A stretch of DNA of 63,856 nucleotides, the filler included, from Reclinomonas americana ATCC 50394 (Eukaryota), in NCBI GenBank assembly GCA_048213135.1. It is 10 parts of 7 records of this genome, joined end to end, with 100 filler letters (N's around TTAATTAATTAA, not from the genome) between each part and the next. Parts side by side here need not be neighbours in the genome. Positions count along the whole stretch, not along the records: positions 4,388 to 18,241 come from PS015933.1; positions 18,342 to 26,782 come from PS015934.1; 8 more parts are not named here. One strand, given 5' to 3'. Below, in pieces: positions 12,601-25,294 of the stretch (position 1 is its first letter; each line of letters opens with the position of its first letter). The notes under the pieces are model-generated. The model had not been told where the DNA came from. It ran no database searches and saw only the letters and a program-made list of their open reading frames with translations. The position numbers were made by a program, and so were the translations under genes.

Positions 12601-15600
12601 GTGCTAGCGAGTTCGGATTCCAGCTGCGTTCGTTGCGATGCTGGATAAGAAGGCATGGATAAATCAGCAGCAGAAAGAGGGCAGGACGAGAGCTTAGCGA
12701 GTAGGCAGAGACACTAACCTGCTTCTTTAAGGTCACGTCGAGTGCTCGCAAGTTCCGCTTCCAGCTGCGCTCGTTGTGATGCTGGAGAAGAAGTGGCAAG
12801 GTGAGAAGCAGCAGGAAGGGAGTGCTTGACGAGTAAGTAGAAACACTGACCTGCTTCCGCCAGATCACGGCGAGTGCTGGCGAGTTCTGATTCCAGCTGA
12901 GCTCGTTGTGTTGCTGGAGAAGTCAACAGGGCGATAAGCAGCGGGAAGAGAGACATGCTCGAGAGTTCGACGAGTGTACAGAAACACTGACCAGCTTCCG
13001 GCAGGCCGCGGCGAGTACTGGCAAGTTCAGCTTCCAGCTGGGCTCGTTGTGATGCTGAGTGTGTGAAACAGCGGGGGCGGAGTTGAGGAGGGAAAGGCAA
13101 TCACGAGAGCAAGACAGAAGGACTCAGCCTCTCGCTCTCTCTTTCTCTCTCCCTCTCACGAACACACACTTGTGCAGCGCACACGAGATACAAACTTCCC
13201 GGCGTTACGCAACTGGCCTCCTCCAGCTGCCGCCCCGTGTCCTCGAGCGAGCGCTTCAACGACGAAATCTGTGCATCTGCATCGAGAGAAAATCATCAAC
13301 CACAGTAACCACCAACAAGAGATTCAAGTGCGTTCGACGCACCGCGCTCCTGCAGGCGATGACTGGCGCTGTCCAGCTCCGACTGGATGTGGGAACTTGC
13401 GGCCTCTGCAAAGAGCAAAGATGAGTCAACATGCTTGCTTGGGCGTCAACGCAGCAATTGAAACCGCACCAGCAGTCTGAACGTCGTGTTGCGACTCATT
13501 GAGTGCCACCACTACACGAGAGTGAGCACAACTACACAGATGGAGAAAAAGTGCACATGGAGATTAGCAAACCATCCTGAGCATGCTGCAGTCTCAACTG
13601 CCCGACTTCTGTGCTCAACACATCCAGCGCCTGCTTCGCCTCCTCATCTGTGCGCCGAGTGAGTTGGGATTAAAACACGGGTGCCACCGCAACACGGTAC
13701 GCAACAAAGTTGGCTTTGGTGAGCAAGCTCCTTTTGCATGACACTGATTTCTTGCGATGAGGTGGCCAGCTGCTCACGCAGGCGACCGAGCTCGGCCTCT
13801 GCGGCAGAGAGCAAACGAGGTGAGATGGAGTGAAGAAAAGAGAAGGGAGGAGAGGGGAGAGGAGAGGAGAGGAGAGACGAGGGGAAGGGGAGGACAGAGT
13901 AAAAAAGAGATTCGAAAACAAGGACAGAAGAGAAACAGAGTTTGGAGTGCAAGACGCAATGCTTGTGGCAGAAAAACAGGCGAGTACAAGAGCGTGAGTA
14001 TGACACTCATGAATAACCAACAGCTACTCTTGTGTGCAAACTACAAGCGTACACAGACGTGCACTACAAGCGTGCACTGTGCCGTGCATTACAAGCGTGC
14101 ACTGTGCCGTGCATTACAAGCGTGCACTGTGACGTGCACTACAAGCGTGCACTGTGACGTGCACAAACAAGCGTGCACTGTGCCGTGCACTACAAGCGTG
14201 CACTGTGCCGTGCACTACAAGCGTGCACTGTGCCGTGCACTACAAGCGTGCACTGTGCCGTGCACTACAAGCGTGCACTGTGCCATGCACTACAAACGTG
14301 CACTGTCGTGCCAAGATATGCCATTGCCATCTCTTTCCCTCCATCGTACCTTTCTCGCGTTCATCAAACTGCGACAGCTCCAATGCACCCTTCAATTCCG
14401 CCACTTCCTGCCGAAGTGCAGTGTTGTCGCGCTCTGTCACACGACGCATGAGAGAGCTTTTAGGTCGTCCGGATGTGAGCAACATAGCGCACCTCTGCTC
14501 GTAATGTCCTCGATCATCTCCGTCAGTTGCACCACAACATTGTCGCGGTGCATCTCTGTCGCACGAGTGGCAGGGAGTGAGAGCATGCAGATGAAGATCA
14601 GTATCCTCTAAGAAGCGCAACTCGTCTGGGCAATCTCGTTTTCCAGTTTCTGCAACGCGCACATCAGCACTCAAGACTGGAGAGAGATGACAAAAGACAG
14701 CACAGAACGCACAGCAGCATGCTCTCTGACAACAGAAAGTCCTTCCACATCGTGCTGTGCGCGTTCGAGCCGTTGCTCTGCAGCACACAATGAGCGGATC
14801 ATCCACAAACGGAACGAGAAAAAAGCAGAACGCACTCGTGTCCTCCAACTCTGTGAGTGCGTTCTGCAAGTCGTGACACGCGTGTGAGCAATGCGTATGC
14901 AAAAGCGAAAGCCAGAAACGCAAGAATACCTCGAGGCGACTCCTCTCCCGCTCCAACTCAGCTGCTTGTTCGCGCAGAGTCTCCAGTTCCCTGTCTGTGA
15001 TGACAGATTGTCGGTACAAGTTGCCGTAAGAAGCTAAATTCATCATGGGGAAACGCAACTCGCAGCACCTAAATCCACCTCCAATTGCTACAAACGCGCA
15101 CAATTCCAACAAACCATGTGAGCAGCTACTTTGCACTCATCGAACACTGCCTAATACATCAATCACCTGCGCACGGGCTTGCACAGCCAGCAGAGCCTCG
15201 GCATCACGGCGCATTGTGGACAGCTGTTGCTCCAGCTCACGACACAACTGGCGAGTGCGCGTAAGCAACGCAGATGGAAACGCAGAGGTAGAAGGCATGC
15301 TTCACAAACCTGCCGTGTGGCGTTGACCTCTTCGCGTGCCAGCGTCTGCTGGCTGCTCAACGACTCCACATCGACTCGCGAATCCGCGAGAGCCGCGCGC
15401 AGCGAATCATTCGTCGCACGCGCAGAGCTGAGTTCCTCCTCCAGACGGAGTCGCTCTGCTGCCGTCTGCTCCAGCACTTGCTGCAGCTGTGACGTGATCT
15501 GCGCAACGAATGAGCGGCGGAGCACGATGCCAAGCAGGTACTATCTTCCTTACCGTCACCACATGCTGCTGCTCGCTTTCCAACTGCTTCTGCGCGGTGA

Positions 15601-16133
15601 TGCGCGACGACGTCTCCTGCAGCGCCAGAGTGAAGTTAAAGGGCATGCATACGCAAGTGGCCACTGCGTGTTTGTATCCCTCACCACTTCAATGCGATTG
15701 CGATGACTGGCGAGCTGATTGTTCTTCTCCACCAATTGTGCTTGCAGATCGGCAATCTGCTGATGCAGTGCGTCGACCTCGGCACGCAGCGTGGATACTG
15801 TCGATTCGAGTTCCTGCGACGCGGAGATGAGTGACAGCAGGAAACACATAAACTCACTCTCCATGTCAGTATAACACTCGCTCTCTTTGCTCCCACACCA
15901 ACAGACACTCATGCATTCAGGTCAAGGCGACACCTGTCACACCTTTCGTCATCTCTCTTCCCTTGCCATTTCTCTATCTCGCACACACTCACTCACACAA
16001 TGGATCAGTCTCGCCTAAATCGTTGCCTCGAGTGACCTTTGTCACACATTCTCTCCCCTTGCTATTTCTCTCTCAAACACACACACTCACGAAGTCAGCC
16101 AGTACTTGTCACGCCTTCTCATTCTCTCCTTCC

Positions 16134-16179
<46 letters not shown>

Positions 16180-19100
16180 TCTCACGCTTTCAGTTGCTGC
16201 CGCCAGTATCGTCGCCTATGGCATTTGTCACAGCTTCTCTTCTCCTTCCCCTGCTGGCTCTCTCTCTCTCACGCACACACACACACACGCACTCACTCAC
16301 ACATTCAGTCAGCGTTGCCTGAATCGTCGCCAAAGTGACGTAAGTCACGCATTCTCTTTTTCTTTCCCTCAGTCTCTCTCTTTTCTCAAAACCACCACCT
16401 TCGCACCTGCACACTTGCCGTCGCGGTGGCCAGGTGTGCCTCGGTGTTCGTCAGTGTCTCAGAGCGTGCCCTTGCATCTTCTTCGAGTTGCTGTATTGTG
16501 GAATTGCTCGCCTACACCAGAGAACACTGATGAGAAACAAGATCAAAGGACGACGAACTGATCAACAAACCTCACAGGCAGACAGTGAACGCAGCAGATC
16601 GCGCTGCAGCGATTCGACATGCGTTTCCAGTGTGGCGGCGCGTGTTTCGGTGTTGGCAGTGCGAATGGCGTAAATCTGCCGGGGTTATTCAGTCATTGCA
16701 CTCCGCCCAACACCGCCAGCACCACAACACTCAACTTTAAATGATTCCAATTCGCGCTTCCACACCTCCAGCTCGCCACGGTACTGCTCACGTAGCTCCC
16801 ATTGTTCGTGCTTGGCCACTCTGTGTTTGGCAACGGTTAGCCTCGCCACATATCGTGCACACCACCATCATGCTCATGAAATGACCTGTCTGCCTCCCGC
16901 AATGCGTCTTCCAGTTGTTCACGGTGCTGCAGCTCCAGGTCCTTGGTGATGCGCTCACGCGTCTGCTCGATTTCGCGCATCAGCCGCTCCTCGTATTTGC
17001 TGCGCCAGCATAGCGAGAGTCAGGCAGAGCAGGGAGGAAGGAGGGAAAGGTGTAGTGATGAGGGAAGAGGGAAAGAGGGGAAGAGGGGAGGAGGGAGGAG
17101 GGAAGAGGGAAAGAAGATGAAGGGGGGAGGGAAAGAAGATGAAGGGAGGAGCGAAGAGGGAAGGAGGAAAGAAAATGGAGGGAAAGGTAAAGAGGCGAAG
17201 AGGGAAAGAGGGAAAGAGGGATAGAGGGGAAGAGGGGAAAAGGGGAAGAGGGGAAGAGGGACGAGGGAAGAGGGAATAGGGGGAGATGAAAGAAGAAGCA
17301 GGGAGGAGGAGGACCAGGAAGACGACAAGGATGAGGACCAGGAAGACGAAGAAAGAGGATGATGGACAGGAGGATTAAGATAAAGAGGTATAGGTACATA
17401 GAAGATGAAGAGGAATGAGACAAATCAGATATGACGGCAAGATCACTGCACATGGCTGGGAGAAAGAAGAAAGGTGAACATGGAAAACGTGGAGGACGAC
17501 GCAACGCTCTTGCGTTTTCGAGCAGCTGAATCTTGTCGCGTTCAAGCTCGTCTTCCAGTGATCTGCTCACGCGCGCGTGAGTACAATGGCAGATAGACAC
17601 TGTTTTCTCCTCTCACATCACACGCAACTCTCGCGTGCGCCGAATGACATCATCGCGCTCGCGAGTGAGCTCCTCGGTGAATCGCCTGTGGAACCCCAAG
17701 ACGTGAATGCAATGTGGACGATGAGACAGACACGCAGGACGACGAAACATTTGCAGTGCTTCCACCGAGCGATCGTGCTCTCGCTTGAAATTGGCCGTCA
17801 GTTGTCTGCATTGCACGAAACACAGGTGGTGAGAGGGGGGGATAACAAAGAGCGTGCGCGTGACTGGGACGTACTTTTCCAATGCACTCAATGCCTCTTG
17901 CTTGCCGCGCTCGTGTTCCCGGAAGAGTGCTCTATGCACTCGCTTGTGAGTAATAAGAAGCACATAAGCAAACATTCACAAGCAGCGCAACTCTTGCTGT
18001 GCGGTCAGCGCCCTTTGCAGCTTCAGCTCGGCAGTGCTGTGCACCTCCCTGCACGGCAGTGTCAGGCACAGCTTTGGCAAGAACACCAGCGTCACACTCA
18101 CCGCTCTCGCCGAGACACCTCGCGCTCCATTTCCTCGCGCCAAGCATTCTCCATGTTGCTGTGGAGAGCGCGGTGTGAGGAGAGAAATATATCGTACGAT
18201 AAACACGAGAAGGCATGCTGTCGTTGAAAGTAGCAGAGAGANNNNNNNNNNNNNNNNNNNNNNNNNNNNNNNNNNNNNNNNNNNNTTAATTAATTAANNN
18301 NNNNNNNNNNNNNNNNNNNNNNNNNNNNNNNNNNNNNNNNNAGAGAGAGAGAGAGAACGAGACAAGAGGAAGGAAAACAAAGAGTCAAGTGGTCTTGAAG
18401 TTGACTGACAGGAATCGCGTCGCCATTATGTGGTAGAACGCAGAAGACGACAGAGCAAAGGGAAGGATAACACAGAGTCAAGCAGTCTTGTAATTGACTG
18501 ACAGGAAACGCATCACCACGATGCGGTAGAACGCAGAAGACGACAGAGCAAATGAAAGGAAAACACAGAGTCAAGTAGTCTTGTAATTGACTGACAGGAA
18601 ACGCATCGCCACGATGTGGTAGGACGCAGAAGACGACTGAGCACGAGGAACGAAAAACATAGAGTATACACTTTCACTGTTGCTGCGACGAGAGGAGAAT
18701 ACGTCATGCCAAGACAGACAACAGAACGGATGTGTAAGGACAACGAAGAGGGAGAACGAAACAAGAGGAGACGGACTGAATGAATCGCGACGAGCGCGTT
18801 GTAAGACAGGAAGAAAGTACGCTTGGCACAGGAGAGTGGTAGAATGCAGAAAAAACAAGCACAAACAACAAGATAAAGAGGGCGAAGAAGCTGTGGAGCA
18901 ACACACAAACAGAAGGCACAAGACACTCTCGAAACAGCAACATACCGCAGGTATTCCGCATCAAACTGCACTGGCGGCGGGGACGGCGACCTCTCACCAT
19001 TTCTGCACATTGTCAATCGTCAGAGCACACTCGTTCATGCAGAAAAACCAATCAGCAACCCAACCTCGGCGACGACGCAGCCGCGACCGATTCAACCACA

Positions 19101-21543
19101 ACAGTGTCAGTCTCGCTGCGCAGCACTGGCTTGTCGTCGGTACGCATGCGTGCGATTTCGGCTTCCAGTTGCTGCACTCGATCCTCCAGTATGGCACACT
19201 CGGCGCGTGCGTGCTTGGCGTCGTCTCGCGATCTATTCAGCGTCTGTCGTGTCAGCTCCCCTAGCCAAGATACAATCTCTCCTTCCCTCTACATCTCTTG
19301 CCCACCTGTCAGCCAGCTCCCGCTGCTGCTGCTCCGAATCGCGCAGTGCACTGATCTCCCGCAGAGCCATCTCCGCCGTGAGTAACCGCTCGCGCAGTTG
19401 AGCCACCTCCAGCATGTGCCGTGCGTCGGCGGTGCGCAGCCTCTCCAGCTCGGGTGAGCGAGCCATTTCGGACCGCACGCGACTCAGCTCCACCTCCAGT
19501 CGCGCAGACATTTGCTGCTCGACCTTCCGGGTCAGGTCCAAACTCAACGCCTTCTCTATTCTCTTTCCCCCACGCACCTCGTTGCCTTGCGCCAGTGCAG
19601 CACATTCGCGCTCCACCATCGCGCATCGCTCCTCAGCGGCCTCGGCTCTCCTCTTCTGTTCCTCCACTCGTGCCTTCCACACGCCAATGCTGCGAAATAG
19701 CTTCTCGTTGTTGCTCCGCGATTCGTCTGGTGGTAGAAGGTAAGCTCACGAAATCGTAAAGCGAAATCATCAATCGCGCCCAACTCACCGAGATTACGCG
19801 ACAACATCTTCAGTCGCTCTTGTAACTTCTGCAGCGCAAAGTCCGACGGTCGACCACCGCTCTCCGCCACACTTTCGCGCAGCGCCGTCACCGACATGGG
19901 TCCGGCCGATTGCGCACCGGGTGACACCAAGCTGGACGACGACGACGACGACGACGGTGGCCCGGCGGGTATCGGGGCAGAGCCTCCTCCTGCCGCCGCC
20001 GATGACGACGACGAGCTAAAAGTGGAGGAGCGCGACGGTGACATCGAGCGCACAGCAGCGGCGGCGGCCATGGGAGCCGCCGGTGCGGTGGAGGTGGCCG
20101 CGGCCAGCAGCTCGGTGAGCGACGTCAACAGCTCGAGGTACTGTCGACTGTGCTGGTCGTGCATCGCGCGTGCCGTGGCCGTTGTCGCACTTGCTGGTGG
20201 TGGTGGTGGTTGGGGGAGAGGCGGTGGTTCGCGTGGAGCGAGGCTGGAATGCAATTGTGGTGTGGCGGCGGAGGAGACGCGAATGGCGGCGGCTGAGAGG
20301 GCTGGGGAGGCTGAAAGGGCGTCCAACTCGCGCTGAAAGGCGCGCTACGAGGAGGGGAAGGGATGAGGGGAAGGAGTGGGGAGGGAGTGGTGTAGGGGAG
20401 AGAGGAAGAACCTTCATCATTTCGATTTCGGAGGCCACGGTTCTGGCGGTGACGTCGTTGGCCAGTGCGTCGCTGCAGGGCGGGGAGGGAGGGACGAGTC
20501 AGCGAACCAGGAGAAGAAAACGATTGCTCAGGAGGGAGAGGAATATGGAGAGAGCTGATTTGGTAAAGGAAAGGCCAGACGGTTGGAAGAGTGAGAAGGG
20601 ATAAGCAGACGTGGCTTGACTGCACCAGACAGCAACGGTCGAGCTGACAGCAAGAGAGAAAGGCGAAGATGAACACGTGCAATCCACGATCGCACACTCT
20701 TTCGAACAACGCACGCCACGAGCGCCAAGACAAGTGCAGACGACGATCGATCTGACAACGCTGACGACAAAGGCAAACAGTCACGGGCGACGATCGATCA
20801 TTCTATTACTCTCCTCCCACGCACACTCACTGCACTAACACGATTGCACAAGCTGCACAGCAGAGATCAACAGCAACGAAGACGACAAGGACACCGCGCG
20901 CGAAGACAATCACGGTCGACGATCGATCACTCTCACTCTCTGCACTCTCGCTCTCACACACATGCTGTCACACTATGCCCACACGGCAGAGCCCAACGCC
21001 ACCAAGCGTAAAGACAACAAAGAGATGACACAATCACATCACGATCGCTCTGTCTCTCTCTCTCTCTCTCACTCACTCACTCACTCTCTCTCTCTCTCTC
21101 ATTCACTCACACAAGCACAGCAGCGCTGAATACCAACGCGCGCCAAGACAATCACAATCACACCTCACGATCGCTCTCTCTCTCTCTCACAGTCTCTCTC
21201 ACAGCCTCTCTCTCTCTCGCTCTCTCTCTCACTCACTCACTCTCTCACGCGCATGCCATCAGAGCTCAACACCAACTCGCGCCAAGACAATCACAAGCAC
21301 ACATCACGATCGCTCTCACTCTCACACACACACACACTGATGCACACACACCACACCCACTCACCGCGACACAGACGACGACGATGATGACAACGATCGC
21401 TGCTGCGGTGGAGGAACAGAAGGCGGCTCCTCATCGTGCTCTCCTCCTCCTCCTCCTCCTCGCTCACCCACAAATCCGTAGGCGTTGTGCGTGGCAGCCG
21501 CCTGTCGCGCACCTTGTCGCAGAAGCGACGGGTATGAGTGCAT
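9696..21543 (-). CDS. Large multi-exon coiled-coil protein (centrosome/cytoskeleton-like, no family assigned)
   Basis: Many short exons join in frame across GT-AG introns, e.g. 21543-21365 MHSYPS...VSR | DALANDVTARTVASEIEMMK | RELDALS..., and ENARA|KYEERLMREIEQ. The product is rich in E/Q/R/L/A heptads. The 3' end is taken at the stop at 9696 but could splice further. Confidence 0.75.
12158..13054 (-). repeat. Tandem array of seven exon+intron units (~140 bp period), each with a 63-nt exon
   Basis: Exons 13054-12992, 12913-12851, 12781-12719, 12640-12578, 12499-12437, 12359-12297 and 12220-12158. Each is bounded by cag and gt and encodes roughly (A)SQRAQLEAELASTRRDLKEA. Confidence 0.92.
14040..14305. 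repeat. 25-bp intronic minisatellite (~10 copies)
   Basis: Unit caagcgtgcactgtgccgtgcacta; most units contain two GTGCAC palindromes. Confidence 0.92.
18365..18645. repeat. ~90-100 bp intronic tandem repeat, 3 copies
   Basis: agagtcaag..gtcttg.a.ttgactgacaggaa.cgc.tc.cca...tg.ggtag.acgcagaagacgac occurs three times. Confidence 0.85.
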
Positions 21544-21699
21544 CAAAGAGGCGCGCGCGTACTGAAGAGAGAGAGAGTTTGGACAGATGGATTTTCGCGC
21601 CTTTTTTTGTAATCGCGTTTTTTTCTCGAGTTGTGGTGAGTGTGCGGTGTGTGTGTGTGCGGAGTGAGAGAGTGGTAGGCAGTGATCCACAAAGAGATG

Positions 21700-22230
21700 C
21701 AGAGAGAGCTGTGAGGGAGAAGATGCGTGTGACTGATGACGTTATTTGAGATATTTGTGTGTGAAAGTGTGTGCGGAGTGTGCGGAGTGTGTGTAAGGGA
21801 GTGATAGGCAGAGTGACGCAAAGAGACAAGGAGTATGCAGTGAGGGAGAGGATGCTTGCGACTGCTGACATTATTTAGATATTTGTGAGTGTTTTGTGTG
21901 TGAAAGTGTGTGAAAGTGTGTGCGGAGTGTGTGCGGAGTGTGTGCGGAGTGTGTGTGTGTGTGTATAAGAGAGTGATAAGCAGAGAGAGAAAGAGAGCAG
22001 TGAGGGAGAGGCTGTGTGAGACATTATTTGAGATATTTGTGAGTGTTTTGTGTGTGAAAGTGTGTGGTTTGTGTGCGGAGTGTGTGCTAGGCACATAGAG
22101 ACAGGCAAACAACGAGAGAGAAAGAGAGAGTGCAGGAAGGGAGAGGCTGCTTGTGACTGATGACATTGTGTGAGATATTTGCGTGTGAAAGTGTGTGAGA
22201 GTGTGTGAATGTGTGTGCGGAGTGTGTGTG
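21700..22230. repeat. Diverged tandem repeat (~4 copies) upstream of the coiled-coil gene
   Basis: gac.ttattt(g)agatatttg.g.gtg...tgaaagtgtgtg...cggagtgtg recurs at ~21738, 21867, 22020 and 22162. Confidence 0.75.
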
Positions 22231-23336
22231 CGTGAAAGAGTAAGTGTGTGTGCGTGCGTGTTAGAGGGAGAAAGAGATCGGAGACTGAGGATTGCAAAAG
22301 AGTAAGACTTGTCATTTTCTTTCTTGACTCACTTGCGCAAGTGACACACACATACGCTCTCTCTCTCTCTCACACACACACACAGTCTCTCGCACTCTCT
22401 CGCACGCACGCATGAGCGACGAATTTTGAGTGTATTTCTCCGCTGATTGTCGCCTTTCAGAGNNNNNNNNNNNNNNNNNNNNNNNNNNNNNNNNNNNNNN
22501 NNNNNNNNNNNNNNNNNNNNNNNNNNNNNNNNNNNNNNNNNNNNNNNNNNNNNNNNNNNNNNNNNNNNNNNNNNNNNNNNNNNNNNNNNNNNNNNNNNNN
22601 NNNNNNNNNNNNNNNNNNNNNNNNNNNNNNNNNNNNNNNNNNNNNNNNNNNNNNNNNNNNNNNNNNNNNNNNNNNNNNNNNNNNNNNNNNNNNNNNNNNN
22701 NNNNNNNNNNNNNNNNNNNNNNNNNNNNNNNNNNNNNNNNNNNNNNNNNNNNNNNNNNNNNNNNNNNNNNNNNNNNNNNNNNNNNNNNNNNNNNNNNNNN
22801 NNNNNNNNNNNNNNNNNNNNNNNNNNNNNNNNNNNNNNNNNNNNNNNNNNNNNNNNNNNNNNNNNNNNNNNNNNNNNNNNNNNNNNNNNNNNNNNNNNNN
22901 NNNNNNNNNNNNNNNNNNNNNNNNNNNNNNNNNNNNNNNNNNNNNNNNNNNNNNNNNNNNNNNNNNNNNNNNNNNNNNNNNNNNNNNNNNNNNNNNNNNN
23001 NNNNNNNNNNNNNNNNNNNNNNNNNNNNNNNNNNNNNNNNNNNNNNNNNNNNNNNNNNNNNNNNNNNNNNNNNNNNNNNNNNNNNNNNNNNNNNNNNNNN
23101 NNNNNNNNNNNNNNNNNNNNNNNNNNNNNNNNNNNNNNNNNNNNNNNNNNNNNNNNNNNNNNNNNNNNNNNNNNNNNNNNNNNNNNNNNNNNNNNNNNNN
23201 NNNNNNNNNNNNNNNNNNNNNNNNNNNNNNNNNNNNNNNNNNNNNNNNNNNNNNNNNNNNNNNNNNNNNNNNNNNNNNNNNNNNNNNNNNNNNNNNNNNN
23301 NNNNNNNNTCTCTCTCTCGTCGTCCTCCTCTCCGTC

Positions 23337-23393
<57 letters not shown>

Positions 23394-23477
23394 GCCCCGC
23401 CTCTCCGCTGCCCTTTCTCCGTTGCCCTCCTCTCTCTCTCTCACTCCCTCCTCCTCTTTCCCCATTCCTGTTTGCAG

Positions 23478-24936
23478 CGTGTGACGAACGGCGAGCGCAG
23501 CGTGGACTTTTACACGCGCATTCTCGGCATGACGCTGGTGGTGCGTCGCCGCGCGCGCAAGTCTTGCGCCTCCTTGAATTCATTTTTCGCCTTGCAGGAG
23601 AAACTCGACTTTGAGGCCGCTCGCTTCTCGCTGTACTTTGTGGCGTACTGCGACCCGGCCGAGATTCCCGCCGACGATGCCGAGCGCAAGAAGTGGTTCC
23701 ACTGGCGACCGGGTGCGCTGGAGCTGACCTACAACTGGGATGAGGAGGTGAGTAGAGAGGGAAAGGCAGAAGGAGTTCTCTTCCTTCTTTTATTCTTTCC
23801 CTGCTGCGCTGATTACGAAGATGGGTGCGAAGACAAGAGCACGCTCCCATTGCTCTCTCTCTATCTCGCTCTCTTTAGCCTGCACAGCTGCCGCGTGTCA
23901 ATGTTGTGTTTTCTCTTCTCTTTCTCTCTCGCTCTCTTTTGTTCACCGTTCTCTACACATTCTCGCCAACTTTCTGTTCGAGTTGCGCTCTCTTTACTGT
24001 TGCTCTTCTTTGGCCTTTTCATTCCCATTCTCGCGCTCGTGGTCTCTTTAGATGTCACTGTTGTCTTCACTTCTCCTTCTCTCTGCCAGACTCGCTTACC
24101 ACTGTGTGGGTTGCGCTCTTGTTCTTCTCGTGCTCACATTTGCCTTCTCACTTACTTTCTCGCGTTGCGGTCTCACTCACTCCTCATTTCGATGTTTTTC
24201 CTCATTCCTCTCCACCTCTCTCCATCAATGTAACAGGTGTACCACAACGGCAACGAGCCGGGCAACCGCGGCTTCGGGTGCGTGTCTTGTTCTCGCCTCA
24301 CGCTCCCTTTTCGTGCTTACTCACCCATGCCTCGCTCGCAGTCACATTGGTATGTAGCTGCTGTCCACCCTCTCGCAGCACATTTACTCAGCCGCCCCTG
24401 TCTTTCCGTCTTGCACACATCAGGCATCAAAGTCCCTGGTATGATACTCGTGCGTCTCTCTCCTTCCTACTTTGTGTGAACTCATTCCGTGCTCGTATTT
24501 GCAGATGTGAACAAGGCGGTGCGCTCCACCGTTGCCCCTCATTCTCACTGTCTCTCTCTCACATCGCTCCTGCATGCAGTGCGAGCGCTTCGAGGCCCTC
24601 GGCGTGCAGTTCCAGAAGCGCCCGGAGGAAGGTTTGTGAAGCTAGCCATAATTTGTTGTCGTCAGCCGCTAACCCACCTTGTGCAGGTCGCATGAAGCAC
24701 CTGGCTTTCGTTGCGTGCACGCTCTGCGCAATCCCACCTCCCCTGCGTCACTCACATCACACGTGTCCCGCTCACAGATCAAGGACCCCGATGGTGAGTC
24801 ACGCACATGTGACCAACGTGAACTCTCCTTGTCACTCACCTCACGCATCGCACAGGCTACTGGATCGAGAGTTGTGCCCCTCCATCTCCTTACTCACACC
24901 ATAATCACGCTAACCCCTCTCATCACAGTCTTCTAA
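23478..24936 (+). CDS. GLO1: Glyoxalase I (lactoylglutathione lyase); 5' end lost in the gap
   Basis: Exons 23478-23540, 23598-23747, 24237-24277, 24342-24349, 24424-24438, 24505-24518, 24580-24631, 24687-24709, 24778-24793, 24856-24870 and 24929-24936. They give RVTNGERSVDFYTRILGMTL...FSLYFVAY...LELTYNW...YHNGN...[53 protein letters not shown]. Confidence 0.95.
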
Positions 24937-25294
24937 GCCTCACAGACACCGACATGGTATCCGCCGACGGATGAAACCACAATGAAACACACATCAATTG
25001 AGCACCGAATTGCTTATCTGTGTGCCGTCACTGCTGTGCGTGAGTTGTGCCCCCTACCAAGCTCGCTAACCCCACCATTCCCCGTCACAGGAAATGCGGG
25101 TACATTGAGTTCGTCGCCATTGTCGGTGTGAGGTTTTGAAGACAGTGGCGAGAAACTACTACTGTTCACGAGTTGCTCCGGTTCTTCTCCCCGCAGAGCA
25201 CGCTAACGCTACCCCGTGTCACAGTCTTCGAGGCATCGATTGAGTAACGAAGTCAACGCGTACGGATGCCGGGAAACTGATCTGAAGCACGCAC

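Noticed and set aside
13757..14611. Cys/His-rich repetitive ORF resembling a metallothionein or zinc finger
   Set aside because: It is the translation of a 25-bp minisatellite (not a multiple of 3) on the antisense strand of an intron.
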